This document shows positions 16,706-26,031 of a DNA stretch of 32,000 nucleotides, one piece after another. A program made the translations under genes and the position numbers. The DNA is from an uncultured Chloroflexia bacterium (GTDB taxonomy: Bacteria > Chloroflexota > Anaerolineae > Anaerolineales > Anaerolineaceae). The notes under the pieces are model-generated. The model was not told the origin of the DNA. It was given only the letters and a program-made list of their open reading frames with translations, and did no database searches. The number at the start of each line of letters is the position of its first letter. Position 1 is the stretch's first letter. Location: assembly GCA_963704755.1 (NCBI GenBank), contig OY969938.1, positions 4,020,001 through 4,052,000 on the forward strand, read 5' to 3'.

Positions 16706-17278
16706 AACCGCCAGATCAACCCGCGCCTGTTGGCGTCCGAACCCATGCAGCGCTGCAAATTAAGCCAGTGCAAGGGTGCTTGCTGCCTGTACGGCGTCTG
16801 GCTGGATGAGGTCGAGTGGCAGGATATCCTGGCCAACGCCGGCCTGATCCTGCCTCACATGCCGCCCGGCCTGGACCAGCCAGACGAATGGGTCGACGGC
16901 CGCCGCGATGCGGACGAGTTTTCGCAGAGCGGGTCGGTGATCCACACCCGCGTCATGACTGACAAAAAGCATTATGGCGGGACCGCCTGCGTTTTTTTAC
17001 GGGATGACCATAAATGCGCCTTGCAGGTCGCCGGCCAGGCCGCCGGGCTGCACCCCTGGCGTTTCAAGCCGTTTTATTGCGTTCTTCACCCGCTGGACCT
17101 GGACGAGCAGGGCCGCATCACCCTGGATGAGACTGCCGAACTGCTGGACGAGGAGGGCAGTTGCCTGCGCCCATCCGACCAGGAAATACTCTTACTGGAT
17201 ACCTTCGAAGAAGAGCTGCGCTATTTATTGGGGGATGAAGATTACCAGGCCTTGCTGGCGGGAAAGAATACGGCGTAA
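16703..17278 (+). CDS. Cys-rich protein, CxxCxxCC/YkgJ- or DUF3109-like putative metal-cluster protein
   Basis: MNRQINPRLLASEPMQRCKLSQCKGACCLYGVWL... plus later ...GGTACVFLRDDHKCALQ...KPFYCVLHPL match the Cys pattern of the UPF0153/DUF3109 clan (from memory). The GTG at 16685 lies inside the promoter-like sequence. Confidence 0.6.
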   Translation: MNRQINPRLLASEPMQRCKLSQCKGACCLYGVWLDEVEWQDILANAGLILPHMPPGLDQPDEWVDGRRDADEFSQSGSVIHTRVMTDKKHYGGTACVFLRDDHKCALQVAGQAAGLHPWRFKPFYCVLHPLDLDEQGRITLDETAELLDEEGSCLRPSDQEILLLDTFEEELRYLLGDEDYQALLAGKNTA

Positions 17279-17291
17279 ACTAAAAAGAGAC

Positions 17292-17402
17292 GTTGCTACT
17301 CAGGCTGATTCGGAAATTTGGGACGTTTTATTTGTTTCCCGCATGTTTGACTCGCGAAAAACAAATAAAACGTCCTTCTTTTTGGGGTAGCTGAGCAGCT
17401 CC
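17292..17402. repeat. modular palindromic element, copy D (core type II); probable bidirectional terminator
   Basis: Outer repeats are GTTGCTACTCAGG (17292-17304) and CTGAGCAGCTCC (17391-17402), with 16- and 15-nt spacers. The core spans 17321-17375: GGACGTTTTATTTGTTT pairs with AAACAAATAAAACGTCC (17 bp), plus 3 more bp beyond a 2x2 internal loop. TTCTTTTT follows. The element lies between convergent genes. Confidence 0.7.
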
Positions 17403-17415
17403 CAAGAAATTTGAT

Positions 17416-18855
17416 TTACTCCCCCTGGCCCAAAGAATAACCGCGCTGGCCGTCGAAAGTAAATAAATTTACTGTTTGGATAATCTCAAACCCGGCCGCG
17501 ACCACTCGCCCGAGCAAGGCCAGGATATCCTTGTTGGTCAGGGCCAGATCCTCGCTGGAAAAGCGGCAGCGCCAGTGGTCCGTACAAAACGTTTCCGGGA
17601 GCCCATCCGGGTACACCCGCACCCCGCGGTTGGTGATCAGGCCCAGCTTGAGGCAGCCGTCGTTCAACGCCTCCATGCGCCGGCCAATCACCTGCGGATC
17701 GCGCTCACCCTCGTCCCAATCGACGAACACATCTACCCCAACCAGCGTTTTTTGATGTTCGACTGCCGGGGTAAGTTTGAACTTAATTTCGCCTCCCCTG
17801 AAATGGGCCGGCGGTAGCCGCTGAGGCGCCTGGCCCAGGCGTTCGATGACCGCCTCCGCGAACCTGCCGGTGGTTACCTTCTCGCGGCTGACACCCGGGC
17901 GGTAAATATCGGCGGTGTGATAGCCGTCCTCCAAAGTGCGCAGCCAGGCATTCTGGATGGTCTCGGCGGTAGGCGCGTAGCCCAACTGGACCAGCATCTG
18001 GATGGCCGCCTGGAGCAGCCCGGAGGGGTTGGCAATACCCCGGCCGGCGATATCTGGCGCCGAGCCGTGGATGGCCTCGAACATCGAGGCCTGCCGGCCG
18101 ACGTTGGCCGAGCCGGCCAGGCCCACCGAACCGGCTACCTGGGCCGCCACGTCGGAGAGGATATCGCCGTACAGGTTCATGGTCACTACCACGTCCAGGC
18201 TTTCCGGGCGAGCGGCTGCCAGGGCGGTGCCAATGTCGATAATCTGGTGGTCGGCTTTGATATCGGGATATTCCTGGGCTACTTCGATGAACACGCGATG
18301 GAACAGCCCATCGACGATCTTCATGATGTTGTCCTTGGTCATACAGGTGACCCGTTTGCGGTCGTAAGCCCGCGCGTACTCGAAAGCAAAACGGATGACG
18401 CTCTCCGAGCCCGGCCGGCTGATAAGCTTCATGGCCTGAGACACTTCGCAGGTCTGCTGGTATTCGATCCCGCCGTATAAATCTTCTTCATTTTCACGGA
18501 CGATCACCATCTCGATGTTGGGAAACGCCGAAGCCACAAAGGGCATATAGGCCTTGCACGGGCGCACGTTGGCAAACAGCCCCAATGACTTACGCAAGGT
18601 CACGTTGATGCTCTTGTAGCCCCCGCCCAGCGGGGTGGTGATCGGCGCTTTGAGCAGGATGCGGTTGCGGCGGATCAGGTCCCAGGCCTCGTTGGGAATG
18701 CCCGAAGTGATCCCCTTGAGGAAAACTTTCTCGCCGATTTCGATCTCGTCATATTCCAGGGGCGCCTGGGCGGCCTGCAATATGTCGATCACCGCCCGCA
18801 TGATTTCCGGGCCAATTCCATCCCCATAGGCTACAGTAATCCGGGTTTTCTCCAT
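17416..18855 (-). CDS. icd: isocitrate dehydrogenase (NADP), long form with C-terminal extension
   Basis: The product has a beta-decarboxylating dehydrogenase core: MEKTRITVAYGDGIGPEIM...NLYGDILSD...GSAPDIAGRGIANP. About 140 extra C-terminal residues resemble the Thermus-type ICDH architecture. Confidence 0.85.
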   Translation of the reverse strand: MEKTRITVAYGDGIGPEIMRAVIDILQAAQAPLEYDEIEIGEKVFLKGITSGIPNEAWDLIRRNRILLKAPITTPLGGGYKSINVTLRKSLGLFANVRPCKAYMPFVASAFPNIEMVIVRENEEDLYGGIEYQQTCEVSQAMKLISRPGSESVIRFAFEYARAYDRKRVTCMTKDNIMKIVDGLFHRVFIEVAQEYPDIKADHQIIDIGTALAAARPESLDVVVTMNLYGDILSDVAAQVAGSVGLAGSANVGRQASMFEAIHGSAPDIAGRGIANPSGLLQAAIQMLVQLGYAPTAETIQNAWLRTLEDGYHTADIYRPGVSREKVTTGRFAEAVIERLGQAPQRLPPAHFRGGEIKFKLTPAVEHQKTLVGVDVFVDWDEGERDPQVIGRRMEALNDGCLKLGLITNRGVRVYPDGLPETFCTDHWRCRFSSEDLALTNKDILALLGRVVAAGFEIIQTVNLFTFDGQRGYSLGQGE

Positions 18856-18882
18856 TCGGCAGTCCTTTCGGTACGAGATGAA

Positions 18883-18925
18883 GCGTATCTGATTTGGGCG
18901 GCGAAGCCGCCCAAATCAGATACGC
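18883..18925. repeat. perfect 20-bp hairpin with GCGAAGC apex in the icd upstream region
   Basis: GCGTATCTGATTTGGGCGGC, loop gaa, GCCGCCCAAATCAGATACGC. AAAAATTATTTTTT follows on the + strand. It lies 27 nt upstream of the icd ATG, between divergent genes. Confidence 0.75.
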
Positions 18926-19061
18926 AAAAATTATTTTTTCAGCGGTTCTAAATCATACCTGATCCGAGTTAGATTATCCAGATATCTTTCCTTAACCAAT
19001 GCCCAAATCCTACAATTTTGATAGGACCAACCTGTATAGCTGTTGAGGCGGGCGTTCGGTA

Positions 19062-19076
19062 TATAATCAGCCTATG
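19062..19076 (+). promoter_or_regulatory. -10 box TATAAT 6 nt upstream of ATG (leaderless-type start)
   Basis: TATAAT (19062-19067), then cagcct, then ATG at 19074. There is no SD. The start is supported by an immediate signal peptide. Confidence 0.5.
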
Positions 19077-20162
19077 CCCAAAGCTAAAAAATGGTGGTGG
19101 ATTTGGCCGGCTGCGCTGATGCTGATCTTGAGCAGTGCGGCTTGTGAAGCACGCGGCGTGCCCGGCTCGCGGCTCTTGACTCCCATTGGACAGGTCGTTG
19201 TGGTCACGGCCACCCCGGCGCCGACCCTGCCCGCCACCGAAACCGCTCTGCCCGTGGATACGGCCGCCCTGGCGATCGCCGCCGCGCTTCCGAGTGAAAC
19301 TGCCCAACCCACATTTTCCGAAACGGCGCCGCCTACTACGGAATTATCACCGACTGCCAGCGAGACGGCTACTTTTGGTCCCAGCCCCACGGCTTCCCGC
19401 ACGCCCACACGCACCCGCCGGCCGACCAGCACACGCCTGCCCAGCCGGACGCCGCTGCCCAGCCGCACACCGACCTTGACCATGACCGCCACGCCCCCGC
19501 TGGCGATGATGCGTATTCAAAAACCGGGGCCGTATTCCAAAGTGTCCTCGCCCATCGACCTGGAAGCCCTGATAACGCCCGGCGACGATGGGTACATCTA
19601 CGTCCAGTTGATCGGTGAAGATGGCAGCATCATCACCCGCCAGGCTTTGGACTTCCACACCTATTTGAACCGCCATTTCTATATTAACCCGCATATCCCC
19701 TTCGATATAAAAGCCGCCTCCGAGACGGCCCGCCTGGAAGTGAGCATTCAGGACAGTTTTGGGCGGCCTATTTACCTGAGTTCTGTGGACCTGGTATTGA
19801 TGAGCCTGGGCAACCCGGAAATTTACCCCCAGCAAGTTGTGCAGGAGCCCTACCTGATCCGTTCCCCCCGGGATGGCGAAACGGTCAGTGGTGGAGTGCT
19901 GGCGGTGGATGGACTGATCGGGGCGGTCAACGACCAGCCCTTGCAGTTCGAGTTGATCGATGAAAACGGCCAGGTGGTCGGCTCGGCCAGCCAGGATATT
20001 TCCCAACCCTATGGGGACCTATCTCACGTGCCCTTTACCGTTTACATCCCCTATTCGGTGACCCAATCCACCAACGTCCGCCTGACCATTCGCCAGGATT
20101 CGGGCACGCGCATCCCCGGCACGGTCTGGCTGCAAAGCATGCTTTTGACCCTGGAGCCCTAA
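19074..20162 (+). CDS. secreted lipoprotein with Pro/Thr-rich linker and two Ig-like (Gmad2-like) domains
   Basis: Signal peptide with lipobox-like motif: MPKAKKWWWIWPAALMLILSSAAC. A ~100-aa P/T/S/R low-complexity linker follows. The C-terminal repeats (...PGPYSKVSSPIDLEA...YVQLIGEDGSII... and ...IRSPRDGETVSGGVLAVDG...FELIDENGQVVG...) resemble Gmad2-type Ig-like domains, recalled from memory. Confidence 0.6.
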   Translation: MPKAKKWWWIWPAALMLILSSAACEARGVPGSRLLTPIGQVVVVTATPAPTLPATETALPVDTAALAIAAALPSETAQPTFSETAPPTTELSPTASETATFGPSPTASRTPTRTRRPTSTRLPSRTPLPSRTPTLTMTATPPLAMMRIQKPGPYSKVSSPIDLEALITPGDDGYIYVQLIGEDGSIITRQALDFHTYLNRHFYINPHIPFDIKAASETARLEVSIQDSFGRPIYLSSVDLVLMSLGNPEIYPQQVVQEPYLIRSPRDGETVSGGVLAVDGLIGAVNDQPLQFELIDENGQVVGSASQDISQPYGDLSHVPFTVYIPYSVTQSTNVRLTIRQDSGTRIPGTVWLQSMLLTLEP

Positions 20163-20169
20163 AGAAAAC

Positions 20170-20220
20170 CGAAACGGAGGGGTATGACCGGGTAAAGCCC
20201 GGTCATACCCCTCCGTTTCG
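20170..20220. terminator. perfect 23-bp hairpin between convergent genes (terminator, at least for the minus-strand gene)
   Basis: CGAAACGGAGGGGTATGACCGGG, loop taaag, CCCGGTCATACCCCTCCGTTTCG. On the minus strand it is followed by GTTTTCTTT. On the + strand an A-tract precedes it. Confidence 0.7.
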
Positions 20221-20225
20221 AAGGA

Positions 20226-20972
20226 TCATTCCGAGGCAGTCAACTGGATAAAGCGGGGGTTTTCAGAAAGCGAGGCCAGGTCCGGGTCTTCGCGGGCCAA
20301 CTGACTGCCGGCCGGGAATAGCTCCAGGGCTTTTTCGAGCTCGGCCAGGGCCGGATCGGGTAAAGCGACCGTGGCATACAGGCAGGCCAGATCGTAGTGG
20401 CCCACCCCCTGGATCAGCGGGGTTGTACCGACCTTCTCCAGGTCCTGGGCAGCCATTTCTACCAGGCGTGTGGCACTGGGGGATGCCCCCAGCCCACGGT
20501 AGGCTTCGCATAGGTGCCCGAGCGGGTGGATGTAGCCATTGTTCAATATATAGCTGAGGAAAGGCATGCCGGGATGGGCCAGGTTGCGCGAAGGGTCGCT
20601 CAGGTCTCGCTCTTTGAACTGGCCAAGCGCATCGACAAACGCGATCATGGTATCCTCGGCCTGTTTTTTGATGGTAGGCAAGGAAACGTGAACGAATTCA
20701 CTGAAGTTTTGCCGGTTGACCATTTCATATTCCGGGTAAGCGGGTGGCTCTTGTCCACGGGCCAAATAGGCCATCACCTGGATTGCCCGCCGGCGCCAGT
20801 ACATATTGTGGGCCAAAACATCTTTGGGCGACCAGTTCGTAAAGGTCCCTTCCGAGCTTCGTTCGGATTCGCTCAGGCGGTGGAGAAATTCTCCCTCCGC
20901 CCGGTAAGCATGCCGGACGATCTCGATCACCTGTTTGACCAATGGATCCCGTTCCAGGATTACTTTTTTCAA
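20226..20972 (-). CDS. DinB/ClbS-like four-helix-bundle protein with TPR-like C-terminus
   Basis: ...FTNWSPKDVLAHNMYWRRRAIQVM... resembles the DinB/DfsB-type motif. The start appears to be TTG (20972-20970) after GTGGTGAAG. There is no in-frame ATG for 56 codons. Confidence 0.55.
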   Translation of the reverse strand: MKKVILERDPLVKQVIEIVRHAYRAEGEFLHRLSESERSSEGTFTNWSPKDVLAHNMYWRRRAIQVMAYLARGQEPPAYPEYEMVNRQNFSEFVHVSLPTIKKQAEDTMIAFVDALGQFKERDLSDPSRNLAHPGMPFLSYILNNGYIHPLGHLCEAYRGLGASPSATRLVEMAAQDLEKVGTTPLIQGVGHYDLACLYATVALPDPALAELEKALELFPAGSQLAREDPDLASLSENPRFIQLTASE

Positions 20973-21000
20973 TTCTTCACCACTTTCTTAAGAAAATAAC

Positions 21001-21142
21001 CACGGATGGGCACAGATGCACACAGATGATTTTTAAAAGGATTAATATCGTTTCGAAATTGTAGTTTTTGTGGGGTTTCGCCTCGCAAAAACTACAATTT
21101 CGAAACGTATAAAGAATCTATGTCCATCCGTGCTCATCTGTG
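21001..21142. repeat. hairpin F (21049-21107) flanked by five 10-bp-phased CACRGATG octamers
   Basis: The octamers are CACGGATG (21001), CACAGATG (21011) and CACAGATG (21021) on the left, and inverted CATCCGTG (21125) and CATCTGTG (21135) on the right. In the core hairpin CGTTTCGAAATTGTAGTTTTTGTGGGG pairs with CCTCGCAAAAACTACAATTTCGAAACG: 25 Watson-Crick plus 2 G-T pairs, with loop tttcg. Confidence 0.75.
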
Positions 21143-21151
21143 GCATTTTGT

Positions 21152-21571
21152 TTATTCGCCGATGATTTTGATCAGCACGCGCTTGCGCCGGCCGCCATCG
21201 AATTCGCCGTAAAATATCTGCTCCCAGGGGCCGAAATCCAGTTTACCGGCCGTGATGGCAACCACCACTTCACGGCCCATCACCTGGCGCTTCATGTGGG
21301 CATCGGCGTTATCTTCGCCGGTGCGGTTGTGCTGGTAGGAAGACACCGGCTCATGGGGGGCCAGTTTTTCCAGCCAACGGTCGTAGTCCTGGTGCAGGCC
21401 GCTTTCGTCATCGTTGATGAATACCGAGGCGGTGATATGCATGGCGTTGACCAGCACCAGCCCTTCCTGGACCTGGCTGTCCCGCACAGCCTGTTCTACA
21501 TCCGGGGTGATATTGACAAATCCCCGCCGCGCAGGGATGTTAAACCAAAGTTCCTTGCGAAATGATTTCAT
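21152..21571 (-). CDS. yjbQ: YjbQ/UPF0047 family protein (secondary thiamine-phosphate synthase-like)
   Basis: [29 protein letters not shown]...[30 protein letters not shown]...[41 protein letters not shown] is a characteristic YjbQ sequence. ATG 21571 follows AAGGTGGA. The ORF track's start at 21580 is a GTG inside the RBS. Confidence 0.88.
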   Translation of the reverse strand: MKSFRKELWFNIPARRGFVNITPDVEQAVRDSQVQEGLVLVNAMHITASVFINDDESGLHQDYDRWLEKLAPHEPVSSYQHNRTGEDNADAHMKRQVMGREVVVAITAGKLDFGPWEQIFYGEFDGGRRKRVLIKIIGE

Positions 21572-21610
21572 CCGATCCACCTTTTAAGTTCTTTGTTTGG
21601 TCCATTGATT

Positions 21611-21722
21611 GTAACTGCTCAGGCAAGTGCGCAAGTCGAGGGTGTTTTTATTATTTTTTGTGCGCGAAGCGCACAAAAAATAATAAAAACACCCTAAACC
21701 TCTGCGGTAGCTAAGTAGTTAC
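21611..21722. repeat. modular palindromic element, copy E (core type II)
   Basis: Outer repeats are GTAACTGCTCAGG (21611-21623) and CTAAGTAGTTAC (21711-21722), with 16- and 16-nt spacers. The core spans 21640-21694: GGGTGTTTTTATTATTTTTTGTGCGC, loop gaa, GCGCACAAAAAATAATAAAAACACCC (26 perfect bp). Confidence 0.8.
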
Positions 21723-21734
21723 CATTGATTTATT

Positions 21735-21806
21735 GTAACTGCTAAAGACCCCGAAATTGAGGTGTTTGCGCGGGCTCTGCCCGCGCAAACACCTCAATTT
21801 CGGGGT
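21735..21806. repeat. modular palindromic element, copy B (core type I, left spacer absent, right outer repeat not evident)
   Basis: GTAACTGCTAAAG (21735-21747) directly abuts the core at 21748-21806: ACCCCGAAATTGAGGTGTTTGCGCGGG, loop ctctg, CCCGCGCAAACACCTCAATTTCGGGGT (27 perfect bp). Confidence 0.75.
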
Positions 21807-21980
21807 AAGTCGAAACCTCGCTGCCACAGTGCCTTTTTCCCTAATCCACTATTCTCCATTTTCTCTTCTCCCTTCCTCCGAATTTGTGGTACAAAATAGA
21901 GGACAGGAAATATGGACAATATCGATAAATATATATAATTAATTGTCCCCCTTGTCCGGGACAGTCAGGATGATCGAAAC

Positions 21981-24779
21981 ATGAATCTGGAAAAAGAGTT
22001 TCAGGGCCCCAACCTTGGCTATATTCTGGAACTTTATGACCGCTACTGCGAAAACCCCGCGCAGGTGGATGAAGCTACCCGCAAATTGTTTGCTCATTGG
22101 GAGCCGGCCCGGGTCGAGGGTTTGCCCCCTCAAGAATTCAATTTCCAGGCCCTGATCGGGGCCGCCAACCTGGCCCAGGCGCTGCGCGCTTACGGCTACC
22201 TGGCCGCCAGGCTGGACCCGCTGGGGACTCCGCCTACCGGTGACCCGCTGTTGAACCTGGATTTTTACAAAACGACTGAGGCAGACCTGTCCAGGCTGCC
22301 GGCCGGGGTCATCTTTTCTAAGGCGGATAGCCGCCCGGCAGGAGAAAATGCCCTCCAGGCTGTTCAAAGGCTGCGCTCGATCTACTGCGGGACGATTGGA
22401 TATGATTACGGCCACATCCGCATTCCGGCCGAAAGGGCCTGGCTGTATCAGGCCGCGGAATCTAGCAGGTTCCGGCCGCCGCAACTGCCCGTTGATGAGA
22501 AACGGTTGCTGGAACGCTTGAGCCAGGTCGAGGCCTTCGAGCTGTTTCTGCATCGCCTGTACCCGGGTAAAACCCGCTTTTCCATCGAGGGCCTGGATAT
22601 GCTCATCCCCATGCTGGACGAGATCGTTGGGGCGGCGCTGCAGGCCAAAATTTGCGCGATCCTGGTGGGTACCTCCCACCGCGGCCGCTTGAATATCCTG
22701 GCTCACGTCCTGCAGAAGCCCTACAGCGAAATATTGGCCGAGTTCCGCGACCCGCGGGGCCGCTCGATGACCTGGGGTGAGATCGGCTGGACCGGCGATG
22801 TGAAATACCACATGGGCGGCTATAAATCGCCCCCCAAGGGGGATGCCATCGACCTGGTCATCCATATGCCGGCCAATCCCAGCCACCTGGAGCAGATCGA
22901 CCCGGTCATACAGGGGATGGCCCGGGCGGCCAATACCGCGGTGGACCAGCCTGGCCCGCCGCAATACTATGAGAATGCCTCTCTGCCGATCCTCATCCAT
23001 GGCGACGCTTCTTTCATCGGCCAGGGCATCGTCACCGAAACGCTGAACCTGTCACGCCTGCCCGGCTACACCACCAGCGGCAGCCTGCACATCATCGCCA
23101 ACAACCAGCTCGGCTTCACCGCTAATGATAGCGAACTGCGCAGCAGCCTGCACGCCAGCGACCTGGCTAAGGCCTTCGAAATGCCCATCCTGCACGTCAA
23201 CGCCGACGACCCCCTGGCCTGTATCGAGGCAGCCCGCACCGCCATCGCTTACCGCCAGCAGTTCCACAAAGATTTCGTGATCAACCTGATCGGCTACCGC
23301 CGCTACGGGCACAACGAAGGCGATGAACCGCGTTTTACCCAGCCGGTCATGTACCAGAAGATCGACCAGCACCCCACCGTGCGACAATTATGGGTCAAAC
23401 AGCTTGGCGGGCAGGGCCTGGCCACGGCGGATGAGGCGGAGCAACTCCTGCAGAAGTATTTACAAAACCTGCAGGCGATCAACGAGAAACTGGACGCCGA
23501 AAAGGCCTTGGACGAGCCGGTGCCGCCGGTGCCCCCCCACGGTGCGGCTCAAAAGGTCAAGACGGCGGTCAGCCTGGACCGGCTGAAGGAATTGAACCGG
23601 GCCATGCTCACCTTTCCGGCCGATTTTCACCTCAACCCCAAGCTGAAAAAAGCCATCGAGCGCCGCCGAGAATTGCTAGAGGAACCCAACGCGGATAAGG
23701 TCGATTGGGCCAGCGCGGAAGAGCTGGCCTTCGCTTCGATCTTGCAAGACGGCGTTGCCATCCGCCTGACCGGCGAAGACAGCGCCCGCGGCACGTTCAG
23801 CCAGCGTCACGCCGTCTTTTTCGACGGCGAAAACAACGCCGGTTTCATCCCCTTGCAATCTTTTCCCCAGGCAAAGGCCTCCTTCGAAGTGCTCAACAGT
23901 CCGTTGAGTGAGGCCGGTGCGATTGGCTTCGAAGTGGGCTATAACGTCCAGGCGCCCGGACGGCTGGTCATCTGGGAGGCCCAGTACGGCGATTTTATCA
24001 ACAATGCCCAGACGGTCATCGATGAGTTTTTGCTCTCCGGGCGGGCCAAATGGGGCCTGACCCCTTCGCTGGTATTGCTATTACCCCACGGCAACGAGGG
24101 CATGGGCCCGGACCATTCCAGCGCCCGCATCGAGCGCTTCCTGGGGTTGGCCGCTGAAATCAACGTGCGCATCGCCTATCCTTCCAGCGCAGCCCAATAT
24201 TTCCACCTGTTGCGCCGCCAGGCGCTGCTGCTGCGCACCGACCCGCTGCCGCTGGTGGTCTTTACCCCCAAGGGACTGCTGCGCCACCCGCTGGTCGCGT
24301 CAAGCCTGGAAGATTTCACCGGTGGGGGCTGGCAGCCGCTCATCGATGACCTCGAACTCCCGGGCGAACGCGAACGCGTCAAATCGATGGTCCTGTGCAG
24401 CGGCCGCATTTATGTCGACCTGGCCGCCAGTGAGCTGCGCAAGGCCTATCCCAATGTGGCCCTGGTGCGGGTCGAACAACTTTACCCCTTCCCCGAAGCG
24501 ATGCTCGCGAAGATTCTGGCCGGCTACCCCGGTTTGGAGCACATCCTGTGGGTGCAGGAAGAGCCGCAAAACATGGGCGCCTGGGATTTTCTACACCCGA
24601 CGCTGCACCGCCTGGCCGGCAAAAAGCTGGCCCTGGATTGCATCAGCCGGCCGGAAAGCTCCAGCCCGGCGGAAGGATCATCCACTCTGCGCGGCATTAA
24701 CCAGCAGGCCCTGATCGAACAGGCTTACCAATTTGAAAAACAAGCCCACACCGCAAGTGTGGTAATCAAAAGAGGTTGA
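21981..24779 (+). CDS. sucA: 2-oxoglutarate dehydrogenase E1 component
   Basis: 932 aa. ...[41 protein letters not shown]... and ...[14 protein letters not shown]... are hallmark SucA segments. The E2 gene follows immediately. Confidence 0.93.
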   Translation: MNLEKEFQGPNLGYILELYDRYCENPAQVDEATRKLFAHWEPARVEGLPPQEFNFQALIGAANLAQALRAYGYLAARLDPLGTPPTGDPLLNLDFYKTTEADLSRLPAGVIFSKADSRPAGENALQAVQRLRSIYCGTIGYDYGHIRIPAERAWLYQAAESSRFRPPQLPVDEKRLLERLSQVEAFELFLHRLYPGKTRFSIEGLDMLIPMLDEIVGAALQAKICAILVGTSHRGRLNILAHVLQKPYSEILAEFRDPRGRSMTWGEIGWTGDVKYHMGGYKSPPKGDAIDLVIHMPANPSHLEQIDPVIQGMARAANTAVDQPGPPQYYENASLPILIHGDASFIGQGIVTETLNLSRLPGYTTSGSLHIIANNQLGFTANDSELRSSLHASDLAKAFEMPILHVNADDPLACIEAARTAIAYRQQFHKDFVINLIGYRRYGHNEGDEPRFTQPVMYQKIDQHPTVRQLWVKQLGGQGLATADEAEQLLQKYLQNLQAINEKLDAEKALDEPVPPVPPHGAAQKVKTAVSLDRLKELNRAMLTFPADFHLNPKLKKAIERRRELLEEPNADKVDWASAEELAFASILQDGVAIRLTGEDSARGTFSQRHAVFFDGENNAGFIPLQSFPQAKASFEVLNSPLSEAGAIGFEVGYNVQAPGRLVIWEAQYGDFINNAQTVIDEFLLSGRAKWGLTPSLVLLLPHGNEGMGPDHSSARIERFLGLAAEINVRIAYPSSAAQYFHLLRRQALLLRTDPLPLVVFTPKGLLRHPLVASSLEDFTGGGWQPLIDDLELPGERERVKSMVLCSGRIYVDLAASELRKAYPNVALVRVEQLYPFPEAMLAKILAGYPGLEHILWVQEEPQNMGAWDFLHPTLHRLAGKKLALDCISRPESSSPAEGSSTLRGINQQALIEQAYQFEKQAHTASVVIKRG

Positions 24780-24780
24780 C

Positions 24781-26016
24781 ATGGCAATCAAGATTGAAGT
24801 TCCCGAGCTGGGAGAATCTGTGATCGAAGCGACGGTTTCCGCCTGGCACAAAAAAGAAGGCGACTTCGTAAACGTCGGTGATGTTTTGGTCGAGCTGGAA
24901 ACCGACAAAGTCAACCTGGAAGTCGGCGCCAAAGGTTCCGGCGTGCTGACCCACATCAAGGCCGCCGAGGGCGACAACGTCAAGATTGGGGAAGTGCTGG
25001 GCGAGATCGAAGAATCCGCTGGCCAGCCTGCACTTAAAGAAGCCCCCGCTCAAGCCGTTTCCCAGGCGGAATCCTCTAACCATGACCGTCATGAAGGGGA
25101 AAAGCAAAAAGCCAGCCTGGTGACGCCGGTCGCCGCGCGGATCGCCCAGGATAAGGGCATAGACCTCAGCCGGGTAGCCGGGACGGGCCCCGAAGGGCGG
25201 GTGACCCGCGAAGACGTGGAACAATTTATGCAGGAAGGACGAGAACCGGCCCCAACGGAGACGCGACCGCCGGTTGAATCGCCTCGGATGGATGCAGAGT
25301 TGGCGGCAGGAGACGAGCGCCGCGTCCAACGGCGGCACATGTCCCGCCGCCGGCGCACCATCGCCCAGCGCCTGCTGGAGGCGCGCCAGACCACCGCCAT
25401 GCTGACGACCTTCAACGAAATCGATATGAGCGCCGTGATGGACCTGCGCCACCGTCGTAACGAGGAGTTCCAGGCCCGCTATGGGATCAAGCTGGGTATC
25501 ACTTCTTTCTTCGTCAAAGCGTCCATCAGCGCACTGAAAGCCTTTCCCCTGGTCAATGCCGAGCTGCAGGGCGACGAGATCCTGCTCAAACAGTACTACG
25601 ATATCGGTGTGGCGATCGGCGCGGAGGAGGGCCTGGTGGTGCCGGTGATCCGCTCTGCCGACCGGCTGACCTTTGCCGAAATCGAAAGCCGGATCAAAGA
25701 GCTGATCGCCAAAAGCGACCAGGGCAAACTTTCGGTAGATGACCTGCGCGGAGGAACGTTTACGATCACCAACGGAGGCGTGTTCGGTTCATTGTTCAGT
25801 ACACCCATATTGAACCCGCCCCAGGTGGCCATCCTGGGCCTGCACAAGATCGAAGAACGTCCCATCGCCTTGAACGGCGAGGTCGTCATCCGCCCGATGA
25901 TGTACGTGGCTCTGAGCTACGATCACCGCTTGATCGATGGCCGCGAAGCGGTCCAGTTTCTGGCCCGCATCAAACAACTGGTGGAAGACCCGGAACGGCT
26001 GCTGCTGGAAGGTTAG
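24781..26016 (+). CDS. sucB: 2-oxoglutarate dehydrogenase E2, dihydrolipoyllysine-residue succinyltransferase
   Basis: The product has an N-terminal lipoyl domain ([12 protein letters not shown]), a peripheral subunit-binding domain ([30 protein letters not shown]) and a catalytic C-terminus ([14 protein letters not shown]). Confidence 0.92.
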   Translation: MAIKIEVPELGESVIEATVSAWHKKEGDFVNVGDVLVELETDKVNLEVGAKGSGVLTHIKAAEGDNVKIGEVLGEIEESAGQPALKEAPAQAVSQAESSNHDRHEGEKQKASLVTPVAARIAQDKGIDLSRVAGTGPEGRVTREDVEQFMQEGREPAPTETRPPVESPRMDAELAAGDERRVQRRHMSRRRRTIAQRLLEARQTTAMLTTFNEIDMSAVMDLRHRRNEEFQARYGIKLGITSFFVKASISALKAFPLVNAELQGDEILLKQYYDIGVAIGAEEGLVVPVIRSADRLTFAEIESRIKELIAKSDQGKLSVDDLRGGTFTITNGGVFGSLFSTPILNPPQVAILGLHKIEERPIALNGEVVIRPMMYVALSYDHRLIDGREAVQFLARIKQLVEDPERLLLEG

Positions 26017-26031
26017 CTTTTTCGGCCGAGG

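Noticed and set aside
16579-16809. 76-aa ORF (and the similar 21757-21942 ORF) starting inside the type I core hairpins just after the SD-like GAGGTG.
   Set aside because: The starts are GTG/TTG codons inside the palindrome. The ORFs run out of frame into neighbouring promoter or gene sequence, and the two products are unrelated beyond the repeat-encoded residues. A very short repeat-encoded peptide cannot be excluded but has no support.
20231-20244. CCGAGGCAGTCAAC after the 20170 hairpin resembles the inverted outer motif of the element family.
   Set aside because: It lies inside the coding 3' end of the DinB-like gene, with a 10-nt instead of a 15-16-nt spacer. No matching left motif exists upstream of the hairpin. 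I treat it as coincidence and this hairpin as a plain terminator.
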